Part shown: positions 16,867 to 20,000 of the stretch, one piece after another
Layout of the letters: the number at the start of each line of letters is the position of its first letter
Numbering within the stretch: the first letter of the stretch is position 1
IMG/VR virus record: IMGVR_UViG_3300025889_017362
Origin: an uncultured virus (IMG/VR IMGVR_UViG_3300025889_017362)
Taxonomy: Duplodnaviria; Heunggongvirae; Uroviricota; Caudoviricetes
Reading direction: 5' to 3' (one strand)
Length of the DNA stretch: 20,000 nucleotides
Position numbers and translations under genes: made by a program
Notes under the pieces: generated by a model
What the model saw: only the letters and a program-made list of their open reading frames with translations
The model's database searches: none
Told to the model about the DNA's origin: nothing

Positions 16867-18219
16867 GTGTCTAATAATACTGATACATTTGAGTCTTTTG
16901 GAATTGGTTTTCAAAACTGTGTATTGCAAGGTCTTATCACTGACCGTGTTTTCTTTGAGAAGTCATTTGAAACATTGAAAGATGAATACTTCACCAGTGA
17001 CGCTCACAAAACACTTTGGACAGAGATAAGAAAGTTATTCAACAAGTATAATACTCCACCATCATACGAAACAGTAAAGGTGGAAATATCAACAATGCCT
17101 GATGGAGCATTGAAGGAAGACACTATTGAAGTATTGCTTGACATTCAGACGAGAGTCAATCGTCAAGAGATAGAATACGCTAAGGACAAGTCAATAGAGT
17201 TTTGTAAAAACATGAGTATGAAACAGGCTATCCTAAAGTCTGTTGACCTTCTCAAGGAAGGTCGTTATGAAGAAATACAAAGCACCATTGAGAATAGCTT
17301 GAAGATAAACACCGAGCAAGACTTGGGTCAAGACTTTTTTGATAGCTTTGAATCACGTAGACAAATTCACACAAGACAAACTATACCTACTGGTTTTCCA
17401 TTGTTAGACCAAGAAAGTATCTTAGATGGTGGATTAGCTGCTGGTGAGCTGGGTGTTGTTATGGCTCCAACTGGCGGCGGTAAGAGTTTTATGTTGGTCA
17501 ACTTTGGTTATGGTGCTTTGGCTGCAGGTAAGAATGTTGTCCACTACACTTTTGAGCTTTCTGAGTCACACGTAGGTAATCGTTATGATAGTCGTATTAC
17601 TGGTATTCCAACTAAGGAGTTGATAACAAGACAAACAGAGGCCCAAAACCTTATGCAACGATTCACTGGTGGTAAGTTGTTTATCAAAGAGTATCCACCA
17701 AAAGTTGCTACAATCAACACAATCAAGTTTCATATTGGTCGTTTGATTTCTAATGACATTGAGCCAGACCTTATCATCATTGACTATGGTGATTTGATGA
17801 AGTCACGTAGAGGATACGAGCAAAAGAGGTTTGAGTTAGAAAGTATCTTTGAAGACCTTAGAGCCCTGTCTATGGAAATCAAGAAACCTATTTGGACAGC
17901 AACACAAAGTAATCGTGAAGGTTTCAATGATGATGTTATTACCATTGATAAGGTCGGTGAGGCTATCAACAAGGCCCATGTAGTTGATTTCTTTGGGACA
18001 TTTTCACAACGTAAGTTTCACATTGGTAAGAATCGTATGGGACAAGCTGGTATCAACTTCAACATAGAGATGAAGCCAGATAGAAGTTTTATTGACCTAA
18101 ATGATAATTTGCCAACAGGTTTTACCACAACTGATAAGTTAGCCAATCTTCTAAATGGTGGTAATGAAAACAAGATAGGCTCTCTTTATAGGACACACAA
18201 GGATGGAGTAAATGGATAG
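16867..18219 (+). CDS. dnaB: Replicative DnaB-like helicase (T4 gp41 type)
   Basis: IPTGFPLLD, APTGGGKS (Walker A), TFELSE, IIIDYGD (Walker B), WTATQSNR, KNR; GTG start after AAGGAG. Confidence 0.93.
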   Translation: MSNNTDTFESFGIGFQNCVLQGLITDRVFFEKSFETLKDEYFTSDAHKTLWTEIRKLFNKYNTPPSYETVKVEISTMPDGALKEDTIEVLLDIQTRVNRQEIEYAKDKSIEFCKNMSMKQAILKSVDLLKEGRYEEIQSTIENSLKINTEQDLGQDFFDSFESRRQIHTRQTIPTGFPLLDQESILDGGLAAGELGVVMAPTGGGKSFMLVNFGYGALAAGKNVVHYTFELSESHVGNRYDSRITGIPTKELITRQTEAQNLMQRFTGGKLFIKEYPPKVATINTIKFHIGRLISNDIEPDLIIIDYGDLMKSRRGYEQKRFELESIFEDLRALSMEIKKPIWTATQSNREGFNDDVITIDKVGEAINKAHVVDFFGTFSQRKFHIGKNRMGQAGINFNIEMKPDRSFIDLNDNLPTGFTTTDKLANLLNGGNENKIGSLYRTHKDGVNG

Positions 18220-18457
18220 GTTTACAATTACTAGAACTCATAGATGGGGTAATGCAGACATAAATATTAGAAATGTTTATTCAACATCAAGGTCAAAAGC
18301 CAAGAGAGATGATGTGATTAGGATGGCAAATCAAATGATAGAGAGAGAAAGACTTCACACTAATGAAGAGGTGGAGTATGAGGTGTTGTTAGCCTACGAC
18401 AATGGCAATACAGAGTTTATACATCGTGTTGAAAAGATTGGAGCTAAAAGCACATAA
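18212..18457 (+). CDS. Hypothetical protein
   Basis: GGAG SD, overlaps both neighbours. Confidence 0.7.
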   Translation: MDRFTITRTHRWGNADINIRNVYSTSRSKAKRDDVIRMANQMIERERLHTNEEVEYEVLLAYDNGNTEFIHRVEKIGAKST

Positions 18458-18681
18458 TGCCTACTTATGATTTTGTTTGTGATAAGTGTGAAGAAACATT
18501 TGAAGTAAGTATCTCTATCAAGGACTACGACAGATACAAGAAACAAAATTGTCCTAAGTGTAATAAGTCGGACAATGTAAGAAGAAACTACACACCGCCT
18601 GGCATCAAGTTTGGTGCAGGTTTTTTCAAGGATGGTTATCAATCAGCTAAAAATATACAACAATCAACAGACGGAGACTAA
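18457..18681 (+). CDS. FmdB-family zinc-ribbon protein
   Basis: MPTYDFVCDKC...CPKC...IKFGAGFFKDGY. Confidence 0.85.
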   Translation: MPTYDFVCDKCEETFEVSISIKDYDRYKKQNCPKCNKSDNVRRNYTPPGIKFGAGFFKDGYQSAKNIQQSTDGD

Positions 18682-18683
18682 CA

Positions 18684-20000
18684 TTGGACACAACTCAACA
18701 AATACTATCTGAGATAACAGTGCACATGAAGTATGCTCGTTATCTTCCAGAAAAACAAAGAAGGGAAACGTGGGAAGAACTTATCACTCGCAATAAGGAA
18801 ATGCACATAAGTAATTTTCCTAAACTCAAGTCAAACATTGAAAAAGCTTATGAGTTTGTATATAATAAACAGGTCTTACCGTCTATGAGGTCTTTGCAGT
18901 TTGCTGGTCCAGCTATCTCTCAGACTCCTACAAGAATCTATAATTGTGCTTATTTGCCAGTTGATGACTATAGAGCCTTCAGTGAAATAATGTTTCTTTT
19001 GTTGGGTGGCACAGGTGTCGGTTATTCTGTCCAAAAACACCATGTAGAAAAACTACCATCTATTACTATTCCTACGAAGAAACGGAGATACTTAGTCGGT
19101 GATAGTATTGAAGGTTGGGCCGATTGTATAAAGATGTTGATGAAGGCTTACTTTCTTGGAAAGCCTGACCCCGATTTTGATTTTAGTGGAATTAGACCAA
19201 AAGGTGCCCTACTAGTAACAAGTGGAGGCAAGGCGCCAGGACCAGAGCCTCTCAGAGATTGTGTCCATAACATTCGTAGAATTTTTAACAGAAAGCAAAA
19301 CGGTGACCAACTTACTACACTAGAAGTACATGACATTGTTTGTTGGATTGCTGATGCCGTATTGTCTGGTGGTATTCGTAGAAGTGCCACTATCAGTTTA
19401 TTCTCTCTTGATGATAAAGAGATGCTACAATGTAAGTTTGGTAATTGGTGGGAAACAGAGCCACAAAGAGCAAGAGCAAACAACTCTGCTGTTGTTGTAA
19501 GACATAGAGTAAAGGAAAGTGACTTCTTTGACATTTGGGAAAAGGTAAAAGCCAGTGGTGCTGGAGAGCCAGGCATTTATTTTACTAATGACCAAGATTG
19601 GGGAACTAACCCTTGTGCTGAGATTGCCCTACGACCTTTTCAGTTCTGTAACCTTTGTGAGATAAATGTAAGTGATGTAGAAACACAAGAAGAGTTGAAT
19701 AACAGAGTTTCTGCTGCTGCCTTGATAGGCACACTACAGGCCGCTTATACAAACTTTCATTACCTAAGAGATGTGTGGCGTAGGACAACAGAAAAAGATG
19801 CGCTACTTGGTTTGGGTATGACAGGTATTGGTAGTGGTAAGGTACAGAAACTAGACTTGGAAGAAGCTGCTAAACTTGCTGTTGATACAAATAAGTATTA
19901 TGCTAATGAGTTGGGTGTCAACCCTGCTGCCAGAGTAACTACGGTTAAACCTAGTGGGACAACATCTTGTGTGTTAGGTACCTCAAGTGGTGTCCATGCT
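18684..20000 (+). CDS. nrdJ: Class II (adenosylcobalamin-dependent) ribonucleotide reductase, 3'-truncated; absent from ORF track
   Basis: GGAG then TTG 18684; translates MDTTQQILSEITVHMKYARY...RRETWEE...VLPSMRSLQFAG...YNCAY...GGTGVGYSVQ...GGIRRSA...GEPG...TNPCAEI...QFCNLCE...TTVKPSGT, open to base 20000. Confidence 0.92.
   Translation, partial: MDTTQQILSEITVHMKYARYLPEKQRRETWEELITRNKEMHISNFPKLKSNIEKAYEFVYNKQVLPSMRSLQFAGPAISQTPTRIYNCAYLPVDDYRAFSEIMFLLLGGTGVGYSVQKHHVEKLPSITIPTKKRRYLVGDSIEGWADCIKMLMKAYFLGKPDPDFDFSGIRPKGALLVTSGGKAPGPEPLRDCVHNIRRIFNRKQNGDQLTTLEVHDIVCWIADAVLSGGIRRSATISLFSLDDKEMLQCKFGNWWETEPQRARANNSAVVVRHRVKESDFFDIWEKVKASGAGEPGIYFTNDQDWGTNPCAEIALRPFQFCNLCEINVSDVETQEELNNRVSAAALIGTLQAAYTNFHYLRDVWRRTTEKDALLGLGMTGIGSGKVQKLDLEEAAKLAVDTNKYYANELGVNPAARVTTVKPSGTTSCVLGTSSGVHA

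Noticed and set aside
17980..18050. Apparently short loop before KNR in the helicase (GTFSQRKFHIGKNR)
   Set aside because: In frame with all catalytic motifs intact; cannot call it a defect without an alignment.
367..19788. All minus-strand ORFs in the track (e.g. 765..1142, 8581..8943, 13584..13961, 19148..19576)
   Set aside because: They lie antisense to motif-bearing + strand genes, lack SDs and recognisable motifs; shadow ORFs.
1..20000. Stop-codon recoding (TAG/TGA reassignment seen in some large phages)
   Set aside because: Genes are full length in the standard code, and TAG, TGA and TAA all end genes at sensible boundaries.
12082..20000. Inteins, introns or homing endonucleases in thyX, recA, helicase or RNR
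   Set aside because: Lengths and motif spacing are normal and frames are uninterrupted within the window.
1..20000. tRNA genes, CRISPR arrays, IS elements
   Set aside because: Intergenic gaps are short and show no cloverleaf, spaced direct repeats or transposase motifs.

Overview
A gene-dense, AT-rich segment with all credible genes on the + strand. It most likely comes from a large (T4-like or jumbo-type) dsDNA phage rather than a cell: it has a gp32-type SSB, RecA/UvsX, a stand-alone 5'-3' exonuclease, a gp41/DnaB helicase, ThyX and a class II RNR, packed with start/stop overlaps. The left half (<1-9840) is a sugar-modification island: a GT2-GT4 fusion, a SAM methyltransferase, a GT-A-like protein, a paralogous GT4, an SDR epimerase, an HddA-type heptose-7-P kinase, a GmhA-type isomerase, a deoxyhypusine-synthase-like protein and a CgeB-like GT. 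The middle (9879-11907) holds an NMNAT/cytidyltransferase-like gene and a protein with the KxDG...EGxV...K motifs of RNA ligase-type nucleotidyltransferases; both begin MKL...E, like T4 capsid-targeted proteins. The right half is a nucleotide metabolism/replication module. Sequence-level signals found by eye: four exact TGCTTGACA-N17-TATATT promoters, an orphan antisense promoter plus SD, an 18-bp G.U-containing hairpin hiding an SD, near-total GATC avoidance, and several ORFs missing from the supplied track (including the RNR). All family assignments come from motif recognition, not database searches.
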